64,000 nucleotides of DNA. Source: Nemertoderma westbladi (lineage: Eukaryota > Animalia > Xenacoelomorpha). Location of the stretch: the NCBI GenBank assembly GCA_032718475.1, contig JAUCBJ010004935.1, positions 1-64,000 on the forward strand, given 5' to 3'. The notes under the pieces were generated by a model, which saw nothing but the letters and a program-made list of their open reading frames with translations, was not told the origin of the DNA and did no database searches. Numbering within the stretch: the stretch's first letter is position 1; each line of letters opens with the position of its first letter. This document shows, piece after piece, positions 37,960 through 51,243 of the stretch. The position numbers were made by a program, and so were the translations under genes.

Positions 37960-38565
37960 TGTAAGCAGATTCAATTCCGCCGCATTACACTCATAAAAGG
38001 GGAAGTGGCACCTTTTCAGCAATATATTGGAGATACGAGATTGGCAATAACCAATCTCGTATCACAACCAACACCAGGGACAACACGAACCCCAAAGCCA
38101 CACAAGGGAAGGTTAGAGGTCAAACCACCTCAGACGGGGAAACAGCCAGCAGGGCCCAACAGGGAGGGAAACACTCCCAGAGAGTGAGAGGCATGAAGTA
38201 GGTTATTAGCCAATGGGGGCGAAGGAGAGCCTACACTAAGTAAGAGGCCACAGTAATGTAGAGGTAATCATACATATTTATTATCCCGTTACAGGTCTGA
38301 TTATTCAGTTGTCCAGTCATTAGTTTGAGTGCAGACCGGTGACATCTTTCACCGTCACCAAACGTCACCATCGCCATTATCTACTTGCTACCGTACTTTA
38401 GTCACTATTACCGGTTACTCAATTTTATTATATCAGACCGTCGGACAACAACACCAACTCAATCCAATTTTCTCTAAGGGCCTCAGCCAAACAACTAGTA
38501 ACATCCCAGCCTGCGGTGACGCGTACAAACAATCAACCCAGTCGGGATCCCTTGATCCCGTCACA
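37960..38565 (+). repeat. 3' LTR (606 bp) of the gag-protease element
   Basis: Direct repeat of 11237-11843; visibly more diverged than the BEL-1 LTR pair. Confidence 0.95.
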
Positions 38566-39230
38566 CTTCAATCCCACTACCCAAAGTTGTGGATGGGGCA
38601 GTGGGGGAATATAATATTGGCGAATTATTCAAAAACGATTACGAGGAGCTCTTAAATTGTAATATAATTTATTTTTAATATATTCATTGTAATACTTTAT
38701 ATTTTTGTAATATAAAGGTTGATGATATTATTGGAGATGTTATTTTTTCAAAGGATATGATAATATATCCCTCGGAAATAAATTGTGCTATTTTGAATTT
38801 AAAATTAGGAAAAACTGCTGGCCCAGACAGCATATCAGCTGAACATTTAGTTTACGCTAATAGTTCTAGACTACATGTTATTTTATCATTGTTCTTAACG
38901 TCGCTAATTGTTCATGGATATTTACCTAGTTCGATTATTGAATGTATTATTGTACCTATACTAAAGGATAGAAATGATCCTATTGATATTAAATCTAATT
39001 ACCGACCGGTTGCTATTGCAACAATTTTTAGTAAAGTTTTTGAATATGTTACTCTTTCTCGTATACAATCTTGCCTTATATGTAGTGATTTTCAGTTTAG
39101 TTTCAAAAAGAACTCAGGTACCGAATTAGCCATACATACTTTGCAAGAAATTATTGATTATTATTTGGACAAATTTCACCAATTTATATTTGTTTCATAG
39201 ATGCATCAAATGCGTTTGACCGTATTGAAC

Positions 39231-39857
39231 ACGTTCGTGGGGACTTCGCGCAGCACGTAGTCGGCAAGCCTTGGCATACCGTTCATATAGAGCAAATGGG
39301 GCATGTCTAGTTTGGACCCAATATCCCATGCTATAAATGTATTCATTCGATATACAATCATATGTTAATCCGCTAGGTGGTGTCAAATTGTTATTCTGCA
39401 ATTTCGTACTTACCAGTGCAGCATTGTACAGCAGTACCGTACCGGTAGGCCTATGTCATTACTTCTGAGTCTCTAGCAGATCCCCAATTAAATGTCTTAA
39501 CTTTTCAATTTCGTAAAAGATAGACTTCATGATTCTCTACAAGCACCAAAATTTCAGCTCAGGAAAATGAGGCGTTCCCGAGAAATTTAACATTTTCTAA
39601 AAACCACATAATCTGTCGTAGCTGACGTCAGACTGCATGATTTTTCACCAAACTTTACAAACTTTCTAAACTTTCTCTCTACTACTTACCTACTAAGTTT
39701 GGTTCAATTCCGAACGAGCGATGCCGAGAAATTCGCGTTCAAACATTTACCAGACAGACGGACAGACAGACAGACGGACAGACAGACAAACGGACATGCC
39801 CCATTTGCCCTATATGAACCGTATGCCAAGGCTCGCCGACTACGTGTCTCGCCCCAC
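39231..39857. mobile_element. ~625-bp non-autonomous DNA element with 54-bp subterminal inverted repeats and a (GACA)n microsatellite (DINE-1/pearl-like)
   Basis: Inverted repeats at 39254-39307 and 39793-39846; microsatellite at ~39751-39795. Removing it restores the LINE frame FDRIEH-DKLFLKL. Confidence 0.85.
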
Positions 39858-39886
39858 ATGATAAATTATTTTTGAAACTGATTGAT

Positions 39887-40151
39887 GTCGCAGTGTTCGA
39901 GTGGATATGGCGCCTGAACTGCTTACACAATAGTGTTTGGTGGCGCAGGTTCGAATCCGACTAAAGGCTGTAGAAATTTCGCACTGTTGTGTCCATGGCA
40001 AGACACTTTAGACATTAGTGCCTACGTCAACCCAGCGGTATAATGGGAACCAGGCTTTGCTGGGGTAATGATAATAAAAGCGCTTTGAGTATGCCGAGCA
40101 TAATAAAGCGCTATATAAATAACCAATATTATTATTATTATTATTATTATT
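39887..40151 (+). mobile_element. tRNA-derived SINE with a conserved core and L2-like tail
   Basis: B box GGTTCGAATCC, core GTGTCCATGGCAAGACACTT, tail AAAGCGCTTTGAG...AAAGCGCTATATAAAT and (TTA)n. TSD ATTGAT (39881-39886 and 40152-40157). Confidence 0.9.
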
Positions 40152-41183
40152 ATTGATAAAAAAGTGCCGATATATTTGGTCAGAATCTTTGCATACTGGT
40201 ATAGAAATCAAAGTTTGATGGTCAAATGGGGTAACTACATTACTGGAAAATTTGGTGCTTATAACGGAGTAAAACAGGGTGGCATATGCTCCCCTTATTT
40301 TTTCAATGTTTATATGGATGACTTGTCACGTGCATTATTAGACTGTAATGTAGGTTGTGCTATTGAAGGACGTAGAATTAATCACATTTCGTATGCGGAG
40401 GATTTAGGTTTGATTTCCACCTCTGTGGTTGGTCTTCAAAAACTAATTGAAAAATGTCAAGATTATGCAATAGGCCACAGTATTGTATTCAACTTAAAGA
40501 AAACGAAAGTAATGTTTCTAACGCCTAAACATTGTACGCAGCGTACAATGGCTTCCGTTTACTTGTATGGTATACCCATTGTTAGGACTACTCAGTTTAA
40601 GTATTTAGGCTATATTTTACACGAAACCCGAGATGATGATTTTGATATTAAGATGGCTACGCGCGGACTCTACGCGCGCGCTAATTCGTTATTACGTAAA
40701 TATTCCCTGTGCTCTACAACGGTAAAGCGTCTACTATTTATTTCATTTATAACCCCGCTATATTGCAATGCACTTTGGTGTCGTTTAAATTATTCAGATT
40801 CTGTATACAATCGTCTTAAAGTAGCGTATAATAAGGCAGCACGTTTATTTTTCAAAATACCGTTTAGGTCTAGCATGTAATTTTTTTTTGGATTGAATAA
40901 TATCCCAAAATTCACTCATATACGTGCTCAATCAATTGACAGCATAACTAGAAGGTTGGACTCAAGTGATAGCTCAGTTATTGCTATTGTAAACAATTGT
41001 ATTACTGGCTCCCGGTGGAAATCAATGCGTACTATTTATTAATAATATTGTGCTACATACATACATATTTAGTTCATTTAAATAAATAATTATTTTACTG
41101 TAGGACCATTGCTTATGTCCAGCAATTAGTTTTCTTGAGCAATTTATTGCTTTTGGATGAATTAAAATAATATAATAATAATA

Positions 41184-41650
41184 GTATATCGATATGCTTG
41201 AATTTTGGGAATGTCTGGGTCCTCACAATCTGAAATCCATAAAATCCTTAAAACGTCTATATCATAAGGTTCAATTTGGCATTGTAGGAAATCTTGCTGT
41301 ATGTCGGCTGTAACACCAAAAGAATACAATCGAAATCTTAGTAATGTGTTACGTAAATTTGGCATAAAATTAGGACCTATCTTTAAACAATTATTCAATG
41401 ACAGACAGGATGGTGTTGGTCGACATGAGGCATTATAAACAACTCGTAACTTTGTGCTTTCACGTTCCTCACGCAAAATTCCACGATAAGGAATGTAATG
41501 TACTTGTGCACCTTCTGGATGAGGTTCAGTATAATTGACCTTTTCAATTTACCCTTTGGCAAAATGTTCTTGGAAAACATCGTCATACCTATGAAATAGA
41601 TCTGATTTAATGAGTCTTTTCACAAGACTAATTAAGTGTTTATAACAAAA
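41184..41650 (-). pseudogene. BEL/Pao RT fragment
   Basis: KLRVVYNAS...SLNNCLKIGPN...LLRFR...TADIQQDFLQ...LRILW. Confidence 0.85.
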
Positions 41651-42165
41651 TTATCGTTTAAAGAATTGCGAGGTGATTTCCAAGGGAGGCCTACAGTATA
41701 CAGGCCATTTTTTATTCGCAATAATTTTTATTGTCCGTTTAAATCCTTTTTTTGTCCTTTTTTTTTATTTTTTATGTCCTCCAAAAGTCTAATGTTAGGT
41801 TCCATGCTACCGGTTTTTCTACTGCTATTCTCTCAGGCTATCAGTACCGGTATTAGTATATTATAGCACTATTTTGCTGTATTGTATGCACAGATGTAGG
41901 TATAAAGCAGGTATTTCTGAATTTTAGTACCGGTTCCGGCACCGGTACTGCTATAGGCCTACTGTGTAGCCTACCATTTAAATACGGTAATGGTAGGCCT
42001 ACCGGTTGTGCTAATAAATTTTAAATAATTGTTAGGCCAAACTGGATTGCAGGATTGTGGAAAATGTGGACATACCTTTCACATAATTTAGGCCTATTAC
42101 TGTATTAGTTTTATAATCAATATAACAACAATGGTTCATTACTACTGTCTGAGTAGTGTTACGGA

Positions 42166-43072
42166 TAACCTGCTCCTTTACCTGATTTGGTAAAGTGACT
42201 GTTTATTGTTTTGGTTAGAAAATCCGGCCTTAACCTGCTCCTTTCCCTCAATTAGTTAAGTGATCGTTTATTGTTTTGGTTAGAAAATCCCGCCTCTGTA
42301 ACCTGCTCCTTTCCCTCAATTGGTAATGTTATCGTTTATTGTTTTGGTTAGAAAATCCCGCCTCTGTAACCTGCTCCTTTCTCTCAATTGGTATAATGTT
42401 ATCATTTATTGTTTTGGTTAGAAAATCCCGTCTCTGTAACCTGCTCCTTTCCCTCAATTAGTTAAATGATCGTTTATTGTTTTGGTTAGAAAATCCCACC
42501 TCTGTAACCTGCCCCTTTCCATCAATTAGTTAAATGATCGTTTATTGTTTTGGTTAGAAAATCCCGCCTCTGTAACCTGCTCCTTTCCCTGAATTGGTAA
42601 AGTGACCGTTTATTGTTTTGGTTAGAAAGGCCCGCCTCTGTAACCTGCCCCTTTCCCTCAATTAGTTAAATGATCGTTTATTGTTTTGGATAGAAAATCC
42701 CGCCTCTGTAACCTGCTCCTTTCCCTCAATTAGTTAAGTGATCGTTTATTGTTTTGGTTAGAAAATTCCGCCTCTGTAACCTGTCCCTTTCCCTCAATTA
42801 GTTAAATGATTGTTTATTGTTTTGGTTAGAAAATCCCGCCTCTGTAACCTGCTCCTATCCCTCAATAAGTTAAGTGATCGTTTATTGTTTTGGTTAGAAA
42901 ATCCCGCCTCTGTAACCTGCTCCTTTCCCTCAATTAGTTAAGTAATCGTTTATTGTTTTGGTTAGAAAATCCCGTCTCTGTAACCTGCTCCTTTCCCTAA
43001 TTTGGTAAAGTGACTGTTTATTATTTTGTTAGAAAACTCGGCCTTAACCTGCTCCTTTCCATCAATTGGTAA
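42166..43072. repeat. 68-bp minisatellite, about 13 copies
   Basis: Unit TAACCTGCTCCTTTCCCTCAATTAGTTAAGTGATCGTTTATTGTTTTGGTTAGAAAATCCCGCCTCTG repeated head to tail. Confidence 0.97.
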
Positions 43073-43447
43073 TTGTTTTTGGCTATAAAATGAGTGTTTT
43101 GCTACGTCATGTGGTAATCGATTATCGACAACAACCACAAACTATTAAATATAGAGTCTTTTTACCACTGGCGCATATGGAAATCTATCTCATAGTCTAT
43201 AAATCATGGAATCATGGAATGTTTTGGCACAGGCAATATGAAATCAACTGTCTGACAGTCCAGAAATCAGCAGTCTGACAGTTTGAAGAAATACATACAT
43301 AAAAAGTCATTAAAAGGACAATAAAAGTCATTAAAAGGACAACAAAAGTCATTATGCATAATTCGTAAAAAAAAAAAATGACAAAAAAAGTCAAATAAAA
43401 GCACATAAAAAATCACTGCCTTTTTTATTTCAATGTTATCTATAAAT

Positions 43448-44228
43448 GTGGCGGTGAAAGCGAAAAGGTACCTTATGGGGAAAATGACGTTTTGAGAAAA
43501 TCGTATTTAAAGAAAAATTAAATTTTCAAGTCAAAATTTTCAATTTTTTTATTTTCAATGGGATATGTGCAGTTTTTAATGAGGAATCCAAATCTGTTAA
43601 CGGTATGTTAACAGCTAGCTTAGTTTTGGAGATAATCAGCTTTGATTGAGGGTAGTCAGAAGTTTTGAAATTTAAATCTCATTCCCGATAGATATTACGT
43701 TGTTCTATGTAGATTTACCCTTATAAATTAATTTATATGCCTTATTATTCCAATAGAAAACTATCTTCCAGTTATTTTAAATATGTTTGCTTGTCAATCG
43801 GTCTCTTAGTTGTTCATGTACCGGTACTGCTCGGAGTCCCAGACTAGATAAAAACCCAGCATAGTTGTTCACGTGCTGCTCGAAGTCCTGGCTAGAAAAA
43901 AAAGTTACACATTTTGCCCCTCAAGCATCAACATCACAACCTAACCCCCGCCCCACTCCAATTTAGCAAACTCACTTTCAAGATATTTTGTAAGTAATCC
44001 CTACGACTATTAAAATATAACAAAAACTTTAAACGCGATTTACTCATAATAGTATATTTTCCATCTGGTTGTCTTGCCAATACTTAAATTCTAACAACTC
44101 TTAATGTACTCATCCAATCAGGATGATTTATAGCTCATTAGAGAGCTGAGATGTTGGCCAATCACATGCAATATCTAGCTCAAAAACCTCATTTTCACCT
44201 TAAGGTACCTTTTCGCTTTCACAGCCAC
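43448..44228. mobile_element. 781-bp non-autonomous TIR transposon, Sola1-like
   Basis: ~50-bp terminal inverted repeats beginning GTGGC(G/T)GTGAAAGCGAAAAGGTACCTTA. 4-bp AWWT-type TSD AAAT (43444-43447 and 44229-44232). Confidence 0.8.
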
Positions 44229-44639
44229 AAATGTACATGGAATATACTCATATGGTGAATCAGTAATACCAATGCTTTCTAATGACCAAAATGCTTTTAT
44301 TAGTGTAAATACTGTTCGTCTCAAGTGTAGGTAATATTTGGTTTATCATATATTGGTTCATTGCAGGTTAGCATTTCTGTGTGTGTGGTTGGATATTGTG
44401 ATTTGATTTCTTGAGTGGGGTTTATTGAACAGATCTACTGGAAAGTTTTGTTTAAAATTACTTTCAAACAATAAAGGATGGGTCAGCTAAATCAGATGTA
44501 TCTAAATCCAAGTTCAAAGACCATAATGTAGGAGACGATTTTATCAATAAAGCTTCACATATCTTTAGTGATAACGCTAGTACATTTAAACGTTCTTCTC
44601 AAGATTTCGATATATAGAAAATTCTTACATAGTGATTTG

Positions 44640-45097
44640 TTAACCCTATCCATACCGGGGGGGGGGGGGAGACGCACTTTATTTGATGGCTTGGTTCAAC
44701 GCCAAACCACATTTATTGCAAGTGAAATTCTGTTACTTTTCCTAAAATTTATTATTCTTTATCTTAAAACAAAAATTAATTTTCATATTATTATTTATGA
44801 CCATGAAAATGACACGTAAACTGACCTGTGTCTGAAACTGTCATATTATTGGCTGAACATTTAAAATCAATTCAATTTCAATTTAATTTAATTCAATTTA
44901 AACATAATTATAGTATATAAATATTATATTTGAGCATTAATGTGTGGCATATTTGAAAAGAGGAATAAATTTTGTATCTAAAACTTTTTACTTTAAAGTA
45001 ATATCATCACACCCCACAAAGTTATATGCTTCCAAACTTTACGTCCCCAAAATCCCCCCCCCCCCCCCCCCCCCCCCCGGTAGTTTGAGCGTCTAAA
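44640..45097. mobile_element. Partial piggyBac-like MITE
   Basis: TTAA-CCCTATCCATACCG(n) left end and a C(n)GGTA tract at ~45054-45082. No complete right end. Confidence 0.4.
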
Positions 45098-45194
45098 GTG
45101 AAATAGTAGAAAAAATTTTAGTGTTGATTCTACTAATGTAGTAGGCCTATTACAGTAGGCTTACAGTAAACTAGTTAAGTTATATTATAAACAC

Positions 45195-45753
45195 GTATCA
45201 GAAAGAGAGTAGCAAAAAGGACATAGAAGTTAGGAAAGCAAAGGCTTGGGTAGCTCTATCAAAAATGGATACCATCTGGAAATCAGATCTCTCCAGGCAC
45301 CTGACGACTAAGTTCTTTCGAGCCACAGTGGAAAGTGTATTTTTATATGGAGGTGAGACCTGGACACTGACTAAATCACTTGAACAACGAATTGATGGTT
45401 GCTACACAAGACTACTAAGGGCAACCCTAAACATCAGCTGGAGACAACACATGACAAACGCCGAGCTTTATGGTACAATACCACCTGTATCAACCACCCT
45501 CCGTGAACGCAGATTAAGATTCAGTGGGCACTGCTGGCGAAGTAAAGACGAGGTCATACCAGATCTACTTTTCTGGCAACCAACTCATGAAAAGCGTAGT
45601 CGTGGACGACCGGCCATAACATATATAGATCAACTTGAAAGGGATACTGAACTTAGGAGAAACGAAATTGCGACAACTATGGAGAATCGGGAAGCCTGGA
45701 AGGATCTCATTTCCACTGTCCGAGTTCGCTCGACCTAGTAGTAGTAGTAGTAG
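45195..45753 (+). mobile_element. 5'-truncated RTE LINE of a second family (3' end only)
   Basis: ORF 45265-45738 (FFRATVESVFLYGGETWTL, RRLRFSGHC, RGRP) followed by a (TAG)6 tail. Confidence 0.9.
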
Positions 45754-47848
45754 TTATAAAACATTAAATATTTTTATAGAAGAGTAAACAGTAATTGATG
45801 GCATGGTTATTTGTAATTATTGCCGTTTCTAATTCAGTGTATTTAAATGTAAATTGTTGATTTTATTAGTTATTTGTTTTATTTTATAATTTTAATAAAA
45901 AGAGAGTTCAATTCAATCCAATGCAGAGCTATACCGAGCTAATACCGTCCTATACCAAACTATAGTGATGCCATAGAGATAACAAGTGCAACCAATCATG
46001 GTAGACAATTTAGTCTCCCCCTTCCCTTGTCAAGGGGTTAACATATTAAATATATCCTTGCCCTATCGTGAACAAAGGCAATAAAAAGCATAGAGAATCG
46101 ATAAGAACCATCGGCCTATTTCCTTTGTAAACTATTTTTGAACTCTCAACATTATTAACACATTTTAGGGCGCGCAGCAACGCATGAAGTGAAGAACATG
46201 TAGTCTTAGCGTATGCCTCTATATAGAGTATACAGGTATAGGATACATTTACTGTTGAAAGCATTTGATTGTTGTGGGTTGTATATTGAACATATAGTAT
46301 TGTCTTATTTTAGTACTGATCCGCTTGGAATATGTAGACCGAGAGAAAGCCGCCCCAATATTAGATTATAACAACAACATTTCCATTGGGTAAGAAAGTG
46401 GAGAAGAGCCAGGCCCGACTCTCAATTTTTTAGTTTATATTACGCGATCAATTTTCACTCATCTCGTCATGAACACAACATGTATGTAAACTTTTGATAA
46501 ATTTGTTGGCTATGCGTTTGCGGCTGTTTGGGCGGGGTGTGGTAGGCCTACACTTTTCACACTGAAACATTTTGGTTGTGAAATGTTCAGGGCACAGCGA
46601 TCAGAGATATTTCATATATATTTTATTATGAGAGGAAGAAGAACATACAACGTTATTTACTATATATGTAACAAAATAATTGTTTTCGGGTTTAACTTGG
46701 AAGCCTCCCCAAATAGTTGATATACAATTATATTTAAAATTATTTCCATGGTCATTGTCATTCACCCGTCTTGCCGTCTTTAGTTAGAAATTTGTTTGCA
46801 TGAAAGACAGTTTAGTTTGATTTTTACTGATTATTATCTCTTATCTGACTGCGGTAATAATAAAGGGTAGGATAAATGGAAGCAAAGTGTGACAGTAACA
46901 AATATTTCTCCGTCACCCTAGTATGTCTTAAGTATATGATATATCAAAGGGGGAAGTTTGGATTCACTGCATAAATGCAGTTCACCAAACTTCCCCCGAA
47001 TGCACACTGTAACTTCCCCCTTCCCCCAAATATCCACTGTTAAATTAATTTGAAGCGATATAATAAGTACAAAATTGTGCGAGTTTTTAATTGTGTAGTC
47101 CATTTGTTATTTGATCTCTATTTATTGTTTAAAGTGCATTTAATATCACACTGGTTTTTTAGAATATTACAACCTTATGTTTTATTTATTAACCCAATCG
47201 AAGCCTTAATAAGGGCCGCTTATTTGTACACTTATCCATAATGCGCTCAGTATGAGCCAAACAACATATTAATATGAAAATAAAGTATCTGCAAAGAAAA
47301 GAACCCAATGCTATATAATTTGACCTTATTAAAAAATTTGCACTTTTGCACACTTATTTGTACAAGTGCACTTCAGCAGATCGTAATGGTGGTTCTTATT
47401 TAACAAACTTATGCTTATCCTCTACCGATCTACGATGGTGTATGATCAAGTGTCAGTCACTAAAAGTGTAAAAAATCTAATTTAATAAATCGCGACATTT
47501 GCGATTTTGGACCATATTCATGGGCATTTTAAGTCACTTTATATACATAAAAAGTTAAACAAATGTTACCATTATAGTTAGAAATCACTCCAAACTACAT
47601 TTTAATCCAAAAAATAACATTCTACGATGAATGGAACTGGAAATAATAGTGTTTGAAATATCGAAAAAATGTGTACTTTTTAAGTGCATTATGCACTAAG
47701 TGCACATGCGTCTTTTCCAAAGTTGTATCATATTTCACACACTACAATCTATCCTCTATCCAAAGAAAGAAGTTTCAGATCAAACGGCCCAGTAGAACAG
47801 AAGTTATTGAATTTTATATATAATCACTCGGAAATTTCAAATTGTCTT

Positions 47849-47921
47849 GGTCACGTAGTCTAGTGGTAATCAATCACGTTAACGATACTTAAGTTCGTGG
47901 GTTCGAAACCCAATATGACCA
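47849..47921 (+). pseudogene. Degenerate tRNA-like sequence
   Basis: 73 nt with GGTCA...TGACCA ends, A box TAGTCTAGTGG, T arm TGGG-TTCGAAA-CCCA and a downstream T run. The D and anticodon stems do not pair. Confidence 0.55.
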
Positions 47922-50900
47922 TTCTTAATTTTTTGCAAAAAAAAATATTTTTAATTTTTGACTAAATTTCGGTTCTGGTGCTCCAAATTCAATAAAATTG
48001 GTATATTCTTTGCCGTAATTTTCTTTTCTATCTTTTGAGAGGGGGTATTTTTGGACCCAAAAAAAATGAAAAAAAAGGGCCAAAATTACACGATATTTTT
48101 CGACCCTTATAACTCGTTATTTTAATTATAAATGTTAAGAAAAAAGATAGTGGAGTTAATTTGCTACATTTTACAGGAACTTTTGGCGCAAAAAGTTAAA
48201 TTATAATGTAATGGCGATTTATTAAAAAAAAATTTTTTCGTCCCTTTTTTATAAGTAGTATATTTCACACGATCGTCTGCCGCTTCAGTTATATAATAGC
48301 TATGGCGCTGTAACTACCGTTGAAAGATAGATAATTTGACGCTTTATAAGACTGTTTAAATAAGTCTCCCAGACCTTATGTATTTTTCGAGCTAGACGAG
48401 TTCCCGCGAAGCGAGTTTGAAGCGTAAAATTATAATTTGGGCCCTAATTTTTTAAATATCGTTTGCGGGGCAAAACCAATCGAATATTTCGATTCCCCGT
48501 ATCGATATTAACCGTATAAAATGTACTTTAACCTTCAAGAGTCAAAAATAAAAAAGTTGTTAGTTATAAACTTTTTATTATTTTCTGGCCCTTTTTGGAC
48601 CCCTTTGCCTACATATTTTTTGTACCCCCATTCGATAGGAATGTAGCCCCTGTGGTCTTCTACGCTTTCCGAAAAAGAATTGGCAGATTCCTACTAGCGT
48701 TGTCGAATTAAAAATTTTGGAAATAATAATTATGTAAAAAAGATGGAAAAAACGGACAAAGTTACGGCCCCTTTTTCCACCCAAAATATTAATAAATATC
48801 TTACCCCCATTCGATACGAAGGTAGTACCACTCTTCCCCTTTTCAACCGCGTTACTTTCGTCCCCGTACGATTAATATTAGCCGAGTCAGAGCGGATCCC
48901 GCAAAGCCATTTTGTCCGTTTTTTCAACTTTGACGGACAATTTCGGGAAAAAGGCGTTGTAATCTTTTTTGAAAATAAAAACGAATTCACTAATTAATCC
49001 CTTATATCGTATCCCGGCGTCGGTTAAGCAATAACCTAGGGTTTTTTTTAGCCACTGTAGAGCGCCTTTCAAAAAATTTTTAAAATTGTCAAAAAAATGA
49101 CGGTTTTTTGTCCGCCGTGTCCGTCGAGGGGATAGATTTGCTAATGTTAGAGTGGCTAATATCTTAGAATTCCGAGTCGCTCCCCTGGTGCGAAAATAAA
49201 AAAAATTGGTCTGTTCCTTCATCGAAAAGTCCCCCAGAATCCCAAGTTAACCTATATAGTTAGCGATGGCCTGCGGCTTTAGGAGCGGCCGCGGTATTCA
49301 CCTCCCTCATAGCGGCCGCGGCGGTGTTGCGTCAAATGGAGAAATATTTATCCCACCTAGACCACTTAATGATAATCGTCATATAGGCATAGTTATGGGT
49401 AGCACCTACGCTTTACCTATGTAGCACCTCCATGTAGCACCTACGCGTAGTTAATGTTAAAACTCTGAAACGGGTGATGTATGACCCAATGTTACGAACT
49501 AGGCCTAGGTCGAAAAGATTTACCCTGCCTGTGCGTTGCCAACACTACAGCATTACCTGACAGCCTGAAACTTCATGTCTGCTAATCAATAACCAGTATT
49601 TTCATGTATGGGTCATTCCATGCAAATGTCAACCGCAGTGCCAATTTTGAAAAAAGTGAATTATTGCTTCTCATATCAATTTTCAGAACCAATATACAGT
49701 ATGATGCGGTTTACGAATTTAATGCAAAAAACCGCATCAAAATTCGTTAACTTTCTGAAATCTGGTGTTATTCGCCCTTACCTCTCAAACTGCAAAAATA
49801 CAGTTAACTGAGTGCATAATATGACAACCGCGTTTTATGAGTAGCTTTATGCAGAAGGCAACGTAATAGAGTACTTTTCGAAGCAAAACAATCATATTTT
49901 CCAATGAAATCATTTGCTGTCAATTAAAACAACGTTGTGTCTAAAAATTCAGTGCTCATAATCTGCTTACATCATAATGTCCCGCACTTTACGATGAACA
50001 CCATATTTTGTTTGTACAGGATAGACATATTATAATAGAATGATGTTATGTCGTTTGTAAAGCACAAATATATGTATCATTAATCTGGGGTACTTAGTTT
50101 TTTTGTGGTGTTTCGTGTTATGTGGTAAACAGGTGTCCCGCACTTTACGTAAAGTGCGGGACAAAAAGTAGAAATATCAAAGGAAGTAGGGTAAGCGTGC
50201 ATTTAGATGGAAGAACTTCAACTGGAATAATCATAACAGACATAATAACTTCATATCAATCTCTGATATTAAGACACTATAAAAAAATTCATGAAGATCA
50301 CATATATTTCAGTAAATATCCTCAAAATTGTAATTCCTATTTTTATTAGTTTTTATACTCTGAATATACTATTTGTAGGCCTGCCATTAACCCCTTCCTG
50401 GCTCTGGCTGGTTCGTAGGCCTACTGCAAAGCTCCCATTCAGTCCCTTACGCTTACATGGTACGCTACTATAACGGTTTTATGGGTGCACTACAGTTCCA
50501 GGTCTAATCTGACTATCTAGTATGTATTACATTAGGCCTACATCGTACTTAAATGGTAATTTTGCATAAGCCTAATATAATATTGAACTGACTGGAGGTA
50601 ATAATACAGCAAGTAGGAGCCACGCTGTACTAGGGTACTAGGGTACTTAGGGTAAGGCTACAATACAAACAAATGATACAAACAAATTATTGTTATTGTC
50701 GTGCGCCTGCTACTCTTCTGTTTTACTTACAGTATTAGGCAATATGTTGGCCTCTATTTGTTTTTTTACTCCATTTAGGGGTGTTCGTACACTGGCAGTA
50801 GCAGAGCAATGTTTTGCGCCATTTTTTTCATTTTTGAGGCCAATTTTGAGAAAGGGAAAGAAAAACTTTGTTAAAACTTTATTAAAACTTTGTGTTACGT

Positions 50901-51243
50901 TACGTATCGCAATATTGGAATGCTGGAATGGCGTATTAATAAAGCCCGTACAGCCGTATTTGTTGGAGGCCTATTAATTATATCTATAAATAACCCCCCC
51001 CCCCCCCCCCCCCACCCGCCTCATAACTACTCTGCAGTGTGCTGTGCACTGTACTATAGGCCGGACCTCCAGTGGAATTTATATGACAGACAGTTACATG
51101 TATACATTACGCAGTAGTAAGGGGCTTTACAGGACCAACTAAATTTGGTAGGTTAGGTTTAGTATTTTGGTTAGGGTTAGTTGCATTGTCATTCATCTTT
51201 AAGTTCAAATTATATGTGGCAATCTCACTGACAAGTTTATAAC

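Larger units (their letters stand above)
11237..38565 (+). mobile_element. Non-autonomous BEL/Pao-related LTR element (gag and protease only)
   Basis: TG...CA LTRs at 11237-11843 and 37960-38565. 5-bp TSD CTTCA (11232-11236 and 38566-38570). Polypurine tract GGGGGGGAG at 37951-37959. No RT or integrase in its own internal segments. Confidence 0.9.
9978..41183 (+). mobile_element. Degraded LINE (RTE-X-like APE-RT); outermost host of the nest. Surviving pieces: 9978-11236, 38571-39230, 39858-39886, 40158-41183
   Basis: APE motifs (FLQEH, SVYLP, IIGDFNA, WLDHI) in 9978-11168. The frame ...KKSSKTS resumes as IPLPKVVDG after 38570. RT motifs follow (NYRPVAI, DASNAFDRI, GVKQGGICSP, YAED, KYLGY), then an (ATA)n-like tail near 41165-41183. 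Clade assignment is by eye. Confidence 0.85.

Noticed and set aside
42166-43072. Possible CRISPR array
   Set aside because: Head-to-tail 68-bp units with no unique spacers, no cas genes and a eukaryotic context.
2303-47921. Functional tRNA genes at ~2305, 13243, 30871, 39887 and 47849
   Set aside because: A and B boxes are present but the cloverleaf stems do not close; these are SINE heads or tRNA-like relics.
47210-49330. Possible Helitron/Helentron-like or other DNA element
   Set aside because: Degenerate internal repeats and a GC-rich hairpin near 49283-49321 are visible, but I could not define termini or a TSD.
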